A stretch of DNA of 35,482 bases from a virus. Its lineage: Duplodnaviria; Heunggongvirae; Uroviricota; Caudoviricetes; Peduoviridae. The notes beneath the pieces were generated by a model, which saw nothing but the letters and a program-made list of their open reading frames with translations, searched no databases and was not told the DNA's origin. Below, in pieces: positions 9,182 through 18,610 of this stretch; position 1 is the stretch's first letter; each line of letters begins with the position of its first letter. The DNA is taken from the IMG/VR virus record IMGVR_UViG_2529292997_000024. The stretch is one strand, 5' to 3'. The position numbers and the translations under genes are program-made.

Positions 9182-9820
9182 TTAATCAAACCATGTTTTT
9201 TCATCACCTTTCGCTACTCTCAGGCTGACAGCAATCTGCTCAGGCACAATTCTTGAAAGCGACAATTCAGGCAGGTCGTTGACATCAAAAAAATCAGCAT
9301 CGAGTGACTCATGGCTGATTGACAGGCTGCCACCTACTTCTTCACAGAGAAAAATCAGCTTGTAAACATGCCAGGGTAAAGGCGGATGGCCGTGAAGATT
9401 ACGATCCCAAACTCCCAATAGTTTAGTCACTCTGACTTTTAATCCGGTTTCTTCTTCGACCTCTCGACGCACAGCTTCAGAAGGTGTATCTCCAACATCT
9501 GCCCATCCGCCAGGAAGACTCCATAATCCATCTGCAGCCTCTTTCACCATCAGAATACGATTATTGCGCAGGATAAACGCACGCACATCTGTTTTGGGCG
9601 TCGCGTAACCCGTTTCCGATACATGAAACAAATCATTGCGGCTAATATCAAACTGCGAACTCAGCAGTCCAGCGGCAATTTCACGCAAGGCTTCATAGCG
9701 TTCCTTGTCAAAGACGTCTTTTGAATAGGTCAGGCCTGACTGCGCGAGGGCCTTTAGTCTCTGGGCAACAAAAATAAGCTTTTCTTGGGTCAACACTTCA
9801 GACATGTTTTTCATCTTCAT
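9182..9820 (-). CDS. Nudix hydrolase with an N-terminal extension, cargo gene in the Z/fun slot
   Basis: Nudix box GGWADVGDTPSEAVRREVEEETGL (Gx5Ex7REUxEExGU pattern); lies between G and FI, where P2 carries Z/fun. Confidence 0.7.
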   Translation of the reverse strand: MKMKNMSEVLTQEKLIFVAQRLKALAQSGLTYSKDVFDKERYEALREIAAGLLSSQFDISRNDLFHVSETGYATPKTDVRAFILRNNRILMVKEAADGLWSLPGGWADVGDTPSEAVRREVEEETGLKVRVTKLLGVWDRNLHGHPPLPWHVYKLIFLCEEVGGSLSISHESLDADFFDVNDLPELSLSRIVPEQIAVSLRVAKGDEKTWFD

Positions 9821-9968
9821 TTATGTATTCAGAGTTCCTGTTAAGGATACTGCTCAATTCAATGAAGAATAACAGATGCATCTGGCACCTGCTATGTCCG
9901 CTTCTGGCACAGAGCGGACTGTCAGATTATGCTTTACTCTACGCAATAGATATGTAAGCTCATACAAC

Positions 9969-10496
9969 TTATTGCGGCATTTCCGGCCATTTAGGATTTG
10001 CAGGCTCCACACGACTGACCAGAACGCTGTAGCGTTCCCATGCTTCCAGTCGGCTACGCTCCTCATCTGTTGCCATGTTCAGTCTGACCGCGCGCTCCAG
10101 CGGCAAAATCACGGATTCAGCATCTGCAAGAAGTCTGGCTTTCCGGTTTTCTGCCTGCTGCAGCAATTCCTCTGCCGTATAAATGCGTTTAATCACTTTG
10201 CCGTCCTTAAACATCCAGCCCCCTGAAATGTCCGCCCGTCGGTTAGTAGTAATATCCGCCACTTCAACAACACTTAATCCATCCGGTCTGATAGCTGTCA
10301 CATCCTTTTCCACATAGCGGATAATATTATCTTTGTCGTACGCTATTTTTATCGTGTCATCAGCAAAATACTTTTGTTCTTCGTACCAGTTCTTACCATC
10401 TTCTGAAAAAAACCAGACAACATCAAAGTCCTTTGTCAATTGATATTGTTCAACCGTTTTTGGATTACCCGCCGTAATATTTTTTAAATGCTGCAT
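9969..10496 (-). CDS. G: Tail fibre assembly chaperone G (175 aa)
   Basis: Length and position match P2 gpG, immediately downstream of H. Confidence 0.8.
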   Translation of the reverse strand: MQHLKNITAGNPKTVEQYQLTKDFDVVWFFSEDGKNWYEEQKYFADDTIKIAYDKDNIIRYVEKDVTAIRPDGLSVVEVADITTNRRADISGGWMFKDGKVIKRIYTAEELLQQAENRKARLLADAESVILPLERAVRLNMATDEERSRLEAWERYSVLVSRVEPANPKWPEMPQ

Positions 10497-10499
10497 AAA

Positions 10500-13259
10500 T
10501 TATACCTGCGCCACGTTATACCATGTCCCGTTAATGTATTTCTGAACCGGTCTGTAATATACACCACCAATGTTATCGGCAGAGTTTGAGCCGGTATCCT
10601 GAACAATAATGCCGGAATATACACACCCGGACGGTGCCTGATGTGTCCATGTCATGCCATTGTTCGCAGGTTTGTATGTGGCAGCACCACCAAGCCGGAT
10701 ATCCCGGACATAGCGGGAATCAAAGTTACCGTAATCCGAGGGATTAACACGCCCCGTAATATTTATGGTTTTATTACTTTGAATACTTCCCGAGACAAAG
10801 CGCATAATATGGACGCTATTAGCATAAACATCCAGATTACCATCACCATTTTGTTTAAAGCCCGTGTCATTATCACCCAAAACAATCGAATTACCGCCAA
10901 GAGCACTGGATGTTCCTATACCCAGAGCACCATTCAATTGACCACCAGATAACGGCAGTGCACCGACATCTCCCGCTGTAGGTTTTCGCGTTGTGGTATA
11001 AAACTCAGACCAGTCAGCCTCGAATCCGTAACCGTCACGAGCAGAACGATAAAAAATACCGCCGTTCTTATAATTAACGCGGAACTGGGCGGCGGGACAA
11101 CTTCCTTCACCGATATTAAAATGAAGAATTAACGTTGATGCCCCACCAGTAGTTGCGTTATAGGCTCCGCTACTCCAGTTCCACCCAACGGCTTTATCAT
11201 TCGCAACGGTGTCTCCTGTTTTTCCTGAAGCAAATGCACCAATATTTTTCGGCGTCAGGTTAATATCTGATGTTCCATCAAACGAAACGTTATTAATTTT
11301 ACGGGCTGTTTTCAGCTTTGTTGCTGTCGCCGCATTGCCGGACAGTTCACCAGAAAGGCCAGCACTGAATGTCTGTTTCGCGCCCCATGTCTGGGCTTCG
11401 TCAATGATTGGTACTCGTCTTGCTGTGATCGTGCGGCTTCCCGGATTTCCTGAAATACGCACCATAAAAAAGCGGTAGTTGGCCTTACTTACAGTGCTGC
11501 GCCATACATGCATCGAGCGTCCCGAACCAGAATCATCACTCGGACCGACTGAGATGTTTATCAGGTTGCCATCAATGACGCCCCAGTCCATACCGTCGGG
11601 AATGTTGGTCATATTATCAAGCCGAACGGTTATCAGACTACCCGGTACAAAGTCGTAGGTCTGCCAGTCCAGACTGGATAGTTTTGCCACTGCGCCACCG
11701 ATGCCCAGATTCAGGGGAAGTGAATAAGATGTGTAAACTTCCCGCCATTCGCTCCATGAGCTGCCGGTAAAAACACGCTCAAACGTGCGACCTTTAAGGG
11801 TTGTACCTGTTCCGGCAGTTGTATAACGCTGCCATACGTTAACACCATCAAAGCGCCTCAACACTTCCAGAATACCGAGGACTGTCACGCCGTTTCCGTC
11901 CAGTACTGGACCGTTGGTCGCTTTACCTGTAACGCTGTAAATACCTGGTGAAGTCACATCATTCAAATCCCCGTCGTAATAACGACTCTCTGACTGATGA
12001 CCGACTCTTAACCACGGTTCCCACTGCGGATTTGATGCATCCCAGCTTGCCGCAAGGCAGCGGACGTACATATTTCCACGGCGAGTGGTATAACGTTGCG
12101 TTCTTCCATAATTCCCGCCTTCGAGGATCTCAAGCGTCCCCTGAGCAAAGCCGCCTTCCTCTGGATAATTGCGTTCATATGAAGCTATAGCCGAGCTACT
12201 GTTACGCCATAAACCAAGATGTTCGGCGGCTCCAAGCGTATTCAGGTCTATAGTCGTACTCAAAGGGCGGGTAGCTGATTGAGTGTGACGCCATACGCCC
12301 CACGGACCATCAGTGCCATTCCACTTATTGGCGAGTTTACGCATGTATACATTGCCGTCTCTTGTGGTAAAGCGTTGCGTACCTGCAAAATTGCCGGCAG
12401 CAAAAACCTCAAGCACACCGACAGCATTATCTTCCGGGAAATTTTTCTCCAGTGTTGCGTTAGTTGAGGTAGCTTTAGACCAGATCCCCAGATAAGCCTT
12501 AACGGGACCAAATGTATTCAGGTCAGCATCAAGCGGCATTTCGCCATTGTTTTTCATAAACGTCAGGCTGGTAACGCCAACATTGTCCAGAAAAGCGCCC
12601 TTATCTGGAATATCGCCACCGTTCTGGTCTTTCTGCATACGTTTTTCAGCATTGTCATAGGCTGCTTTTACTGCCTTTGGCGTTGCTGCCAGCTTTTCAC
12701 TGGTGCTGTTTGTTGCACTGCTTAACTGAGTAAAACCTTTTTCTGTCAGCGTGGCGTCAGGATGGCGACGGGACTGCTCATGCTCTGCGATTTTGTCATC
12801 GACGTAATCCTGCGTCGCCATCACTGTGCTGGCATCAATACTCAGCTCAACGGATGCCACGTTACTGACAATAATGACCATGCGGCAGGTCTGCGCACGT
12901 CCGGAGCCTTCAGCCAGTTCAGGCTTATAGCTTTCTGCCATGTTGGCGACCGCAATCAGTGTTCCGGCATCGTCATACAGACCAAGTTCACGCATCCAGA
13001 AGCCGCCCACTTCTGGCGGTACCACCAGTTCAGCCACGATATAGTTTTTATTCTTATTATCCACGCTGACTTTATTCAGAGCGTGACGCCAGACCTCATG
13101 CACCAGTTTCGTCTGACCGGCATCCGGCACCGGCAATTTGCCATTACCGTCACCCACGGCCATTGCAGACAGGTTTACTTTTTTCCCGCCGGGGACAGTG
13201 GCGGCTGCCAGCTTTGCGGCTCCGGCAGTAGTGATAACGGTTTTAAATTTCGTGCTCAT
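10500..13259 (-). CDS. H: Tail fibre protein H (919 aa; extended, with three tandem ~90-aa repeats)
   Basis: Position between I and G; far longer than P2 gpH (669 aa as I recall); internal triplicated repeat at about aa 244-512. Confidence 0.85.
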   Translation of the reverse strand: MSTKFKTVITTAGAAKLAAATVPGGKKVNLSAMAVGDGNGKLPVPDAGQTKLVHEVWRHALNKVSVDNKNKNYIVAELVVPPEVGGFWMRELGLYDDAGTLIAVANMAESYKPELAEGSGRAQTCRMVIIVSNVASVELSIDASTVMATQDYVDDKIAEHEQSRRHPDATLTEKGFTQLSSATNSTSEKLAATPKAVKAAYDNAEKRMQKDQNGGDIPDKGAFLDNVGVTSLTFMKNNGEMPLDADLNTFGPVKAYLGIWSKATSTNATLEKNFPEDNAVGVLEVFAAGNFAGTQRFTTRDGNVYMRKLANKWNGTDGPWGVWRHTQSATRPLSTTIDLNTLGAAEHLGLWRNSSSAIASYERNYPEEGGFAQGTLEILEGGNYGRTQRYTTRRGNMYVRCLAASWDASNPQWEPWLRVGHQSESRYYDGDLNDVTSPGIYSVTGKATNGPVLDGNGVTVLGILEVLRRFDGVNVWQRYTTAGTGTTLKGRTFERVFTGSSWSEWREVYTSYSLPLNLGIGGAVAKLSSLDWQTYDFVPGSLITVRLDNMTNIPDGMDWGVIDGNLINISVGPSDDSGSGRSMHVWRSTVSKANYRFFMVRISGNPGSRTITARRVPIIDEAQTWGAKQTFSAGLSGELSGNAATATKLKTARKINNVSFDGTSDINLTPKNIGAFASGKTGDTVANDKAVGWNWSSGAYNATTGGASTLILHFNIGEGSCPAAQFRVNYKNGGIFYRSARDGYGFEADWSEFYTTTRKPTAGDVGALPLSGGQLNGALGIGTSSALGGNSIVLGDNDTGFKQNGDGNLDVYANSVHIMRFVSGSIQSNKTINITGRVNPSDYGNFDSRYVRDIRLGGAATYKPANNGMTWTHQAPSGCVYSGIIVQDTGSNSADNIGGVYYRPVQKYINGTWYNVAQV

Positions 13260-13269
13260 TGTTTCTCAC

Positions 13270-13800
13270 TTATCCGGGATAAACAGTAATAACATCACCA
13301 TCACAGACCACACCGCCTGTATACAGACAGCCGGGAATGTCCTGGATAATGTTCAGACCGATAAGGTGGCGACTTGCGGGTTTGGCATCAGCAATCAGCC
13401 GTTCCATTTCCTGATACATTGCCTCTGTGATGCCACTTTCCAGTACACCAATATCGAGCCGGAAGGTGCCGGGCGGGTCACTGTTTTCCCACCACTCCGT
13501 CACGTTGATGAGATAGCCGAGCGGCTCCACCACACGCCGGATTGCGCCGATAGTGCCTTTATGACAGTGGATGAAATAGGCATCGCGGATAACGGCGCGT
13601 TTTGTCGCTTCCGGCCACTTTTCATCCCACCTGTCGACCGAAAACGCCCACGCCAGCCACGGCAGCAGATTTGCCGGACAGGTATCCGGGTTCCACAGCT
13701 CACGAATACTGACCGGCGTTTTTTCAATTTCCGCACAGGCTTTTGCGGCGGCAACTTCAAGCGGTGATGAGCCGGTCGGCAGCAGTCGCGAATCACTCAT
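13270..13800 (-). CDS. I: Baseplate protein I (176 aa)
   Basis: Length and position match P2 gpI. Confidence 0.85.
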   Translation of the reverse strand: MSDSRLLPTGSSPLEVAAAKACAEIEKTPVSIRELWNPDTCPANLLPWLAWAFSVDRWDEKWPEATKRAVIRDAYFIHCHKGTIGAIRRVVEPLGYLINVTEWWENSDPPGTFRLDIGVLESGITEAMYQEMERLIADAKPASRHLIGLNIIQDIPGCLYTGGVVCDGDVITVYPG

Positions 13801-14701
13801 CCGAGCCTCCGGTCACGACGCGGCATTCGGTGCAGAAAGACGCCTGCGTACTGTTGAGCACGATGTCGGCCAGTGGTGCGGCCAGCTCGACACGCTGCAC
13901 GCCTTCCACATGCAAAGCGGCATAAATGGCAGACAGACGGATGTCGCGCCCCAGCCGGTGCTGTGCCGTGATGTACGCTTCCAGTTTTTTCACGGCGGCA
14001 GCGCGTATGGGTTCGCTTTCGGGACCAGGGTAAAGGTAAAGCGTGGCGTTTATCTGGTATTCAACGATGGCGGCAGACTGCACGGTCACGCGGTCGGCCA
14101 CCGGCCTGACGTCCTCGCCATTAAGGGCGTTACGCACCACGGCCAGCAGGTCTTCGGATGCAACACCGTTATTTTCACGTGACAGCACAGAGATGGTGAC
14201 GCAGGCCGGAGACGGACTGGTTACAGAAATATCCGCGACACGCCCGTCGGCACTGCGACCATGATACTGATAAGCACCCACCGACCCGGCGACGCTTAAG
14301 CCCTCAAACGCCTGCTGAATACGCAGACGATAATCGGTGTCAGATTCCATCACTGCCGGTGTCGGCGGAATGGTCGAATCATCTGCCGGGGTGATAGTCA
14401 GGCGCGTGGTGTTGTAATTGGCACCAATCACATCAAGGTCATTACCGGCTGCACAGGCCAGCATCACCGCCCGTGCGGCCTCATTCACACGCTGACGCCA
14501 GATAAGCTCACGATAAGCGTTTTCCTCCAGCAGTTTGACGAGAGGCTCGGATTCCAGCGTCAGGGTACGGGCGACCGCCTCCTGCTGGTCTTCCGGGTAA
14601 AGGGAAATCAGTGTCGCCTTGCGTTCGGCAAGAATGGTTTCAAAGTCCAGCTCCTCGACCACATCCGGTGCGGGTAGCTGGTTCAGGTCGATAATCGGCA
14701 T
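13793..14701 (-). CDS. J: Baseplate protein J (302 aa)
   Basis: Length and position match P2 gpJ. Confidence 0.88.
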   Translation of the reverse strand: MPIIDLNQLPAPDVVEELDFETILAERKATLISLYPEDQQEAVARTLTLESEPLVKLLEENAYRELIWRQRVNEAARAVMLACAAGNDLDVIGANYNTTRLTITPADDSTIPPTPAVMESDTDYRLRIQQAFEGLSVAGSVGAYQYHGRSADGRVADISVTSPSPACVTISVLSRENNGVASEDLLAVVRNALNGEDVRPVADRVTVQSAAIVEYQINATLYLYPGPESEPIRAAAVKKLEAYITAQHRLGRDIRLSAIYAALHVEGVQRVELAAPLADIVLNSTQASFCTECRVVTGGSDE

Positions 14702-14705
14702 GGTT

Positions 14706-15053
14706 TCAACTCACATGGATGGTTAACGAAAGTGGCTGACCGGTGTCGTTGTGCTGACCGGTTAACGTGACCGTCATTCGCCCGTCAAAACTGCGCGCCG
14801 TAGTGACGGATGACAGGGTGACGCGGGGTTCCCATTTCAGCACCGCCATGTAACAGGCGACCTTAATCTGCAACTCAAGCGCCGGGGTCTGCGGCTGGTC
14901 AATCATTGACGCCAGCAACGAGCCGTAATCACGACGCATCACCCGTGAGCCGACCGGTGTGCGCAGGATATCGCCGATACTCTGGCTGATATGCTCAAGG
15001 TCAGTGACAGTCAGGCCATCACGGCGATTCATTCCGAGATAACGCGCTGTCAT
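14706..15053 (-). CDS. W: Baseplate protein W (115 aa)
   Basis: Length and position match P2 gpW. Confidence 0.85.
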   Translation of the reverse strand: MTARYLGMNRRDGLTVTDLEHISQSIGDILRTPVGSRVMRRDYGSLLASMIDQPQTPALELQIKVACYMAVLKWEPRVTLSSVTTARSFDGRMTVTLTGQHNDTGQPLSLTIHVS

Positions 15054-15685
15054 AGAGGACTCCCGGTTGTGCCGCCGCTGTCGCCGGGGTGTTTATGGGT
15101 ATGCAGTACCTTACCGTTTGATGAGAGTTCACCGCCGGTGTGTTCAATGTTGCCGCGCATCGTCCCGCCCTTCTGCACTTCCAGCGTGCCGGTAATCAGC
15201 CTGTTGGTGCAGACCACCTCCGGTGTGTCCAGGGTGACGCGGGTTGATGCTTTCACCATGACCACCGGCACCGTGGCGGTAACAGAATCAGAAGCCGTTA
15301 CGCTGGCCGTTTTAATTCCGCTTACCGTGAGTGCACTGGTTTCGGGTTCATACTCAATCACCGCCCCGTCAGGAAAACGGATATGCAGTGCATCCGCCGA
15401 CGCAGACGGCGCAGGGTTATCGCCGGAATAAATCCCCGGCAGAACGAACGCCGTGTCGAGTTCACCGCCCACGGCCAGAATCAGCACCTGTTCCCCCACG
15501 GAAGGTGCCCACCATGTGCGCGAACGCCCGGCACGACAGGTCAGCCACTGAAGCCAGTCGGTGCACATGCCGCCGGTCTGCACACGGCAGCGACCGGCTT
15601 TAAGGTTGGTTTCGACGACAAGGCCGGTGCGGATCATGTTGCGCAGTGCGCGCGCGAGTTCCTGGATATTTGCGAGAGTGTTCAT
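15050..15685 (-). CDS. V: Baseplate spike protein V (211 aa)
   Basis: Length and position match P2 gpV. Confidence 0.85.
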   Translation of the reverse strand: MNTLANIQELARALRNMIRTGLVVETNLKAGRCRVQTGGMCTDWLQWLTCRAGRSRTWWAPSVGEQVLILAVGGELDTAFVLPGIYSGDNPAPSASADALHIRFPDGAVIEYEPETSALTVSGIKTASVTASDSVTATVPVVMVKASTRVTLDTPEVVCTNRLITGTLEVQKGGTMRGNIEHTGGELSSNGKVLHTHKHPGDSGGTTGSPL

Positions 15686-15751
15686 AACGGGAAGGATGCC
15701 GCCGGGTCATACCGGCGGCAATGTAACGATGAGGTGTCGGGAATGGCACAA

Positions 15752-16204
15752 CTAACGGTCGAGGTGAGCCAGGATAATCTCTTCAATCATCTGCACATCC
15801 TCACCGGTAAAGCCGAGCAGAGGACGCGCCGGATAATCAATTTTCTTACCGTCTTTCCGGTTTTCTTCCGACAGACCGAAATGATGCACGCTGGCGATTT
15901 TCGGTGACTTCCCGCCGTAAAATTCCATTGATGCCTGTTCCGGGCTGGCGCGGATATGCAAAAAACGACTGGTGATAAGTTTCGCAAACATTTTTCGCTT
16001 AACACGACCGGTCTTTTTTCTGGCGCTCTGCTGCTGGCGTGGTGCGTAGGGTGTGCCGTCCGGGGCTTTCTGTGCCATCACCCGGCGCTGCTGACTCTGC
16101 CGCAGATGTTTCGCCAGTTCGGTGCTCAGTCGCCGACGCCCTGATGGTGACAGTGATTCAATCAGCCCGGTCAGCCGGTCTTCAAAACGCTTAAACTCAT
16201 TCAT
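15752..16204 (-). CDS. S: Tail completion protein S (150 aa)
   Basis: Length and position match P2 gpS. Confidence 0.85.
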   Translation of the reverse strand: MNEFKRFEDRLTGLIESLSPSGRRRLSTELAKHLRQSQQRRVMAQKAPDGTPYAPRQQQSARKKTGRVKRKMFAKLITSRFLHIRASPEQASMEFYGGKSPKIASVHHFGLSEENRKDGKKIDYPARPLLGFTGEDVQMIEEIILAHLDR

Positions 16205-16664
16205 CCCACTTGCTCACCAGTTCGCCATTGATATAAAGCTCCATCGGGCGGGTGACCGGCTCCGGCGGCGGAGGTTCCGGGATATTCTTCACATGCAGTG
16301 CGCCGTCCACCTCACTGACCAGCGTGCGCTCGGTCAGCATCAGGCTGATGCTGATATCAAAGCTGCTGTCATTGTTGATGTCCGCATAAAACGTGAAGCC
16401 CTTTTTCTGGCCTTCGTCGGTGGTCATGATGTCGGGCTGATTTTCCCGCAGCCACGCCAGCACCGGCACGATGAGCAGGTCAAAATCACCGGTAAAGTCG
16501 GTCACAATGACATTGAGCGTGTAACGCTTTTCGAATGACAGCGACGTCGCCAGTGTGGAGGCAATACTCCCGTTATCCACGAATATCCGCAGCATATCGG
16601 GGTTAGTTTTCAGCACCGTGACGGCATCAGTCAGCGCCCTGCGCAGGCTGTCGGGTTTGAGCAT
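16197..16664 (-). CDS. R: Tail completion protein R (155 aa)
   Basis: Length and position match P2 gpR. Confidence 0.85.
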   Translation of the reverse strand: MLKPDSLRRALTDAVTVLKTNPDMLRIFVDNGSIASTLATSLSFEKRYTLNVIVTDFTGDFDLLIVPVLAWLRENQPDIMTTDEGQKKGFTFYADINNDSSFDISISLMLTERTLVSEVDGALHVKNIPEPPPPEPVTRPMELYINGELVSKWDE

Positions 16665-16917
16665 CGTTTTCGTCCTGACAGTGTTTAATCATTTTTACCT
16701 GGCTGGCACAGCGTGCCAGCGCGTTCTCAAGCTGCCGGATATCGGCACTTAAATCGCCGTTCGTCTGCGGGTCACTGCCCGGCATCGGGCAAAGGCTCAC
16801 TTTCGGGCAGGCGTTGGCGACAATCACTGGCGTCAGTGCAGGCCGGACGCTGGTGCAACCGGCGCACAGCATCAGGCAGGTCAGCGCCATACCAGCGGCG
16901 AAAATCCTCGTTTTCAT
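16627..16917 (-). CDS. lysC: LysC, outer-membrane lipoprotein spanin (Rz1-like, 96 aa), embedded out of frame in lysB
   Basis: MKTRIFAAGMALTCLMLCAGC lipoprotein signal with lipobox; starts inside lysB in another frame and runs past its stop. Confidence 0.7.
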   Translation of the reverse strand: MKTRIFAAGMALTCLMLCAGCTSVRPALTPVIVANACPKVSLCPMPGSDPQTNGDLSADIRQLENALARCASQVKMIKHCQDENDAQTRQPAQGAD

Positions 16918-17197
16918 TAAGTAACCTCGTGATGGTTTTCTCGCGCTGTGCTTCACGTTTCGCGGCGTTCTCCAGTTCCTGACGCAGTGCCACCTGCGCC
17001 AGCTCGTTTTTGTCTGCCCTGGTAAGGGCAACATGAAGCTGGTTTTTCAGCATGGTGATGGTCGTCTGCTGTTCACTGGCGACGTTGTTCGCCCTGTCCA
17101 GCGAGGCGCGCAGGCTGGCATTTTTATGTTTCACCAGAAACAGACCGGCCACCGCCAGCGATAACAACACGACCAGCACAATCATCAGCTTTGACAT
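16772..17197 (-). CDS. lysB: LysB, inner-membrane spanin (Rz-like, 141 aa)
   Basis: N-terminal transmembrane helix followed by coiled-coil; length matches P2 LysB. Confidence 0.8.
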   Translation of the reverse strand: MSKLMIVLVVLLSLAVAGLFLVKHKNASLRASLDRANNVASEQQTTITMLKNQLHVALTRADKNELAQVALRQELENAAKREAQREKTITRLLNENEDFRRWYGADLPDAVRRLHQRPACTDASDCRQRLPESEPLPDAGQ

Positions 17198-17610
17198 AGT
17201 TCCCGCCCCTCAAGACGCTGACGACAGGCTTTACGTATCAGCCGGAAAAACAGCGACGCCACAAGATAAATCAGCGCGGTAAAAATCCACCCGGCAGCGA
17301 CCAGCGAGATAAACGTCGCCACCATCACCACCAGAGCCGCCGCCCGTCTGCGCCACGGCACCGGCTGCAAAAACAGCGACGTGACAATCTTCACGGCCAG
17401 CGATTCCGGCGGCAGCTCCCGCCCGTAGCGTTCCAGCACATACTCCGTGGCATACACGCCGACACCACCGGCAACCACACAGATAACCGTCGCCAGAATC
17501 GCCCAGGTGGCGACAAAACTGACGGCCACGCTCTGCGGGTAAATCAGGGACAGTGCCAGCATCAGCGCCAGCGACACGTTCAGCATCAGTGAAAGGGATA
17601 ATTTCTTCAT
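17185..17610 (-). CDS. lysA: LysA, multi-pass membrane lysis-timing protein (141 aa)
   Basis: Highly hydrophobic 141-aa ORF following K, as in P2. Confidence 0.8.
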   Translation of the reverse strand: MKKLSLSLMLNVSLALMLALSLIYPQSVAVSFVATWAILATVICVVAGGVGVYATEYVLERYGRELPPESLAVKIVTSLFLQPVPWRRRAAALVVMVATFISLVAAGWIFTALIYLVASLFFRLIRKACRQRLEGRELCQS

Positions 17611-17624
17611 GGTGTTTACTCCGT

Positions 17625-18122
17625 TTAAGCCGGTACGCCGCCAGCGGTACGCCAGACGGTGACCAGTTTTTCCAGTGAATGCTCACGCTGACCGTAACCG
17701 GCACCCGGCAGGGACGCCCAGATATTGCGACAGCGTGAAATGGCGCGCTCAATACGTCCCGCCCGGACGTCATCCAGTGCACCGCGTTCGCGGATCAACT
17801 GAATGGCAAGTCTGTCCTGTGACAACGGACTGAAATCCGGCAGGGCAAGCTGTTTGCGGTAATGCGGCCAGAACAGGTAAAGCTGCTGATAGCGACCGGA
17901 GGCCGTGGATTTTTCACCGCGACGGTTAAACACCTTCGCCGGTCGGCCATGCGCGAACGGGTGGTCACTGTAGTCGGTGAAAATTTCCGGCTTTCCGTCC
18001 AGTCCGGTGACTATCACGTCATAGCCCCGGTTTTTCGTCAGCGGATGGTTCGCCGTCCCTTCGGACACTGCCAGCATGTCGAGAAAGGCGGCGATATTCT
18101 GATGCGTGTTAATTACCGGCAT
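17625..18122 (-). CDS. K: Endolysin K (165 aa)
   Basis: Length and position match P2 gpK, downstream of the holin. Confidence 0.85.
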   Translation of the reverse strand: MPVINTHQNIAAFLDMLAVSEGTANHPLTKNRGYDVIVTGLDGKPEIFTDYSDHPFAHGRPAKVFNRRGEKSTASGRYQQLYLFWPHYRKQLALPDFSPLSQDRLAIQLIRERGALDDVRAGRIERAISRCRNIWASLPGAGYGQREHSLEKLVTVWRTAGGVPA

Positions 18123-18403
18123 TACGGTTTCCCCCTGCCCTTAAAGCGGCGCTGAATGGCAATCTCAATCACCTGATAACCGGCGATACCCAGCATGGAG
18201 CCGATGCCGCACACCGCAGGCAGTGACAGGTCAGGAAACTGCACCAGAACAACACCGGCAACCATCGAGACAAAACCACCGAGCAACATGCGCCCGATAA
18301 ACAGACGCGGGGTGATGGGTTCACCACCGGCAAGCACCTTGCCGACAACAATCAGCACCCCAATCATGAAAAGCGACAGGACGCTTTTTTCTTCTGCTGT
18401 CAT
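18122..18403 (-). CDS. Y: Holin Y (93 aa)
   Basis: Small protein with predicted transmembrane helices and a charged C-terminus; length matches P2 gpY. Confidence 0.85.
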   Translation of the reverse strand: MTAEEKSVLSLFMIGVLIVVGKVLAGGEPITPRLFIGRMLLGGFVSMVAGVVLVQFPDLSLPAVCGIGSMLGIAGYQVIEIAIQRRFKGRGKP

Positions 18404-18406
18404 GCG

Positions 18407-18610
18407 TTACTCCCACAGATTGACAGTTTCAGCCACGGGCGCGGTCTGAACGTCGGGCAGTTCGACGGCGGAGCCATGTGGCAGCACCGCACCCAGTTCA
18501 GCCAGTCCCGGATTTGCGGCGAGCACGGTCTCAACCACGCCCTCAGTGCGCCCGTAATACCGGACACAAATGGCGTCGAGCGTGTCGCCCTGTAGCGCAA
18601 AGGTCTTCAT
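18407..18610 (-). CDS. X: Tail protein X (67 aa)
   Basis: MKTFALQGDTLDAICVRYYG...; the internal ATG at 18608-18610 gives 67 aa; start overlaps the L stop. Confidence 0.8.
   Translation of the reverse strand: MKTFALQGDTLDAICVRYYGRTEGVVETVLAANPGLAELGAVLPHGSAVELPDVQTAPVAETVNLWE

Noticed and set aside
9896-9920. Inverted repeat gtccgc-N12-gcggac between G and the Nudix gene
   Set aside because: There is no adjacent U-tract in the transcribed direction, so I cannot support it as a terminator; it may be a weak structure or a chance repeat.
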